Under the pieces are notes generated by a model. That model was not told the origin of the DNA and ran no database searches. It saw only the letters and a program-made list of their open reading frames with translations. Of a stretch of 64,000 nt of DNA, positions 62,591 to 64,000 are shown piece after piece. Made by a program: the position numbers and the translations under genes. The number at the start of each line of letters is the position of its first letter. Position 1 is the stretch's first letter. Source of the stretch: an uncultured Holophagales bacterium (GTDB taxonomy: Bacteria > Acidobacteriota > Thermoanaerobaculia > Multivoradales > UBA5704); assembly GCA_963842525.1 (NCBI GenBank), contig CAWJGT010000024.1, positions 1-64,000 of the forward strand, given 5' to 3'.

Positions 62591-63689
62591 GCGATGTCAC
62601 CAGCTTCTCGATCAGCGGCCGGATCTGTTCCGTGAACCGCTCGGCGCCGAACCGCTCGCGCCAGCGCCGCTGCCCGGCCTCGCCCATCCGCCGCGCCAGC
62701 CCGGGCTGGCCGAGCAGGGTTGCGAGCGCGGAGGCCAGCTCCTCCGGGTCCTGGCCGACGAGCAGACCGGTCGCACCGTCCTCCACGATCTCCTCGGCCG
62801 CGCTGCCGCGGGCGGCCAGGCACGCCTTGCCGGCGCGCATCGCCTCCAGGAAGACCAGTCCGAACCCTTCTCCCAAGCTGGGCATGACGAAGGCGGCGCA
62901 GCGCCTGTAGAGCTCCATGAGGGTAGCTTCGGCGACGAATCCGGTGAAGACCGCGCTCTCCGCGAGCCCCAGCGCTGACGCCTTCGCCTCCAGCCGCAGC
63001 CGGTCGCCGCCGTCTCCCGCCAGGACGAGACGGGCGCCGGGATGGACGGCGAGGAGGCGCGGCATGGCCTCCAGAAGCTGATCATGGCCCTTGTAGCGCT
63101 CGGTCGGCGCCATCCTCCCGACGACGAGCAAGAAACCCTCGCCGAGGCGGCCGAGCAGGGCCTCGTCGGGCTGCCCGGAGGGGCCGCGCTCCTCGAGGGC
63201 CAGCGGCACGACGGCCGCGCCGTTCAAGCCGGGGCAGAAGGGGCGCGCCCGGCCGACCGTGTATTCCGAGAACGCGAGCTGGACCGCGGCGTTCGCCAGT
63301 GCCCGCCGGCGGCTCCAGCCCAGGGGCTGCCAGACCTCGATGCCGTGCAGGGCGACGAGGTAGGGAGCCCGCCGCCGGGCCGGCAGCCAGGCCTGGATGC
63401 GCGCCGGCCCGAGCAGGTCGTAGACGCAGGCACAGCGCCGGTCCCGCCACTGCCGCCGCCAGACCGCCAGGGCGAGAGCGCGCTGCCCGCGGGGATCACC
63501 ATCGAAATACCGCGCCGGAGAACGATCCGGCGCGCCAGATCGTCCCAGGGCCAGGACCTCGAAATTGACTCCCCATTGGCGGGTGAGCCCGGCGCAGGTC
63601 CGCGCCAGGAGCCGTCCAGCCAAGGCCCGGCCGCCGCCGTCCAGGTCCAGGCCGGCGGAGATGAAGACGAGGTCGCGTTTGGCTTGCAT
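62577..63689 (-). CDS. Glycosyltransferase family 4
   Basis: HGIEVW, YKGHD, EGFGLVFLEAM. Confidence 0.88.
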   Translation of the reverse strand: MQAKRDLVFISAGLDLDGGGRALAGRLLARTCAGLTRQWGVNFEVLALGRSGAPDRSPARYFDGDPRGQRALALAVWRRQWRDRRCACVYDLLGPARIQAWLPARRRAPYLVALHGIEVWQPLGWSRRRALANAAVQLAFSEYTVGRARPFCPGLNGAAVVPLALEERGPSGQPDEALLGRLGEGFLLVVGRMAPTERYKGHDQLLEAMPRLLAVHPGARLVLAGDGGDRLRLEAKASALGLAESAVFTGFVAEATLMELYRRCAAFVMPSLGEGFGLVFLEAMRAGKACLAARGSAAEEIVEDGATGLLVGQDPEELASALATLLGQPGLARRMGEAGQRRWRERFGAERFTEQIRPLIEKLVTSHVRN

Positions 63690-63769
63690 TATCGTCCAGA
63701 CAGGCTCCGCCCCCTTCGGTGTACATCGGAGACGACACCGCCGGGGAATGGAAGCTCGCGGCGGGCTGC

Positions 63770-64000
63770 TCAGCCCGCGATGCGGAACCTGCGGCTGCGG
63801 CCGGGCCGCACGGGAGCGAGCACCTCCCGGTCCAGCTCCGCCGCCACCGATTGTCGCAGCAGAGAGATCGAGACCACCAGGCGCATCCGCCCCTTTTCCC
63901 GCAGCACCGTGCCCGTCCACCCCTGGAACGGGCCGTCGACGATCTCCACCTCGTCGCCCGGCTCGATCCAGGGATGCGGCACCAGCGGCGCGCCCGAGAG
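63770..64000 (-). CDS. NusG paralog (UpxY/RfaH-like antiterminator), C-terminal KOW part; 5' end outside the window
   Basis: PGDEVEIVDGPFQGWTGTV..RLVVSISLLRQSV; sits at the head of the polysaccharide operon. Confidence 0.8.
   Translation of the reverse strand, partial: LSGAPLVPHPWIEPGDEVEIVDGPFQGWTGTVLREKGRMRLVVSISLLRQSVAAELDREVLAPVRPGRSRRFRIAG

Overview
High-GC bacterial window; the gene content and repeat families suggest an Acidobacteria/Thermoanaerobaculia-like genome (inference). About a dozen single-base frameshifts are most simply long-read errors. In order: (1) a TIR-NACHT gene split by a complete IS21 element with a 6-bp target duplication; (2) REP/MITE palindromes around a 21-bp-phased motif tract; (3) PBP1B, an ABC-F ATPase and a Phd-VapC toxin-antitoxin pair; (4) a secreted tandem-PLAT protein with an aerolysin-like tail next to an ECF sigma/Ser-Thr kinase pair; (5) a ~10 kb minus-strand cluster (15.7-26.0 kb) in which seven uncharacterised genes, including four related 306-370 aa proteins with long beta-hairpins and a 47-aa peptide missing from the ORF track, precede a TPR-CHAT protease, ECF sigma, zinc anti-sigma and a 167-aa hypothetical, which is the best candidate for an undescribed system; (6) an ABC exporter with a DesK/DesR-like two-component system; (7) a repeat-rich islet with a Cap4/DUF4297-like nuclease, a 62-bp tandem array and an orphan HicB; (8) a >32 kb Wzx/Wzy polysaccharide locus headed by a NusG/UpxY paralog. 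No rRNA, tRNA or CRISPR array was seen. All family calls are by-eye motif recognition, not database searches.
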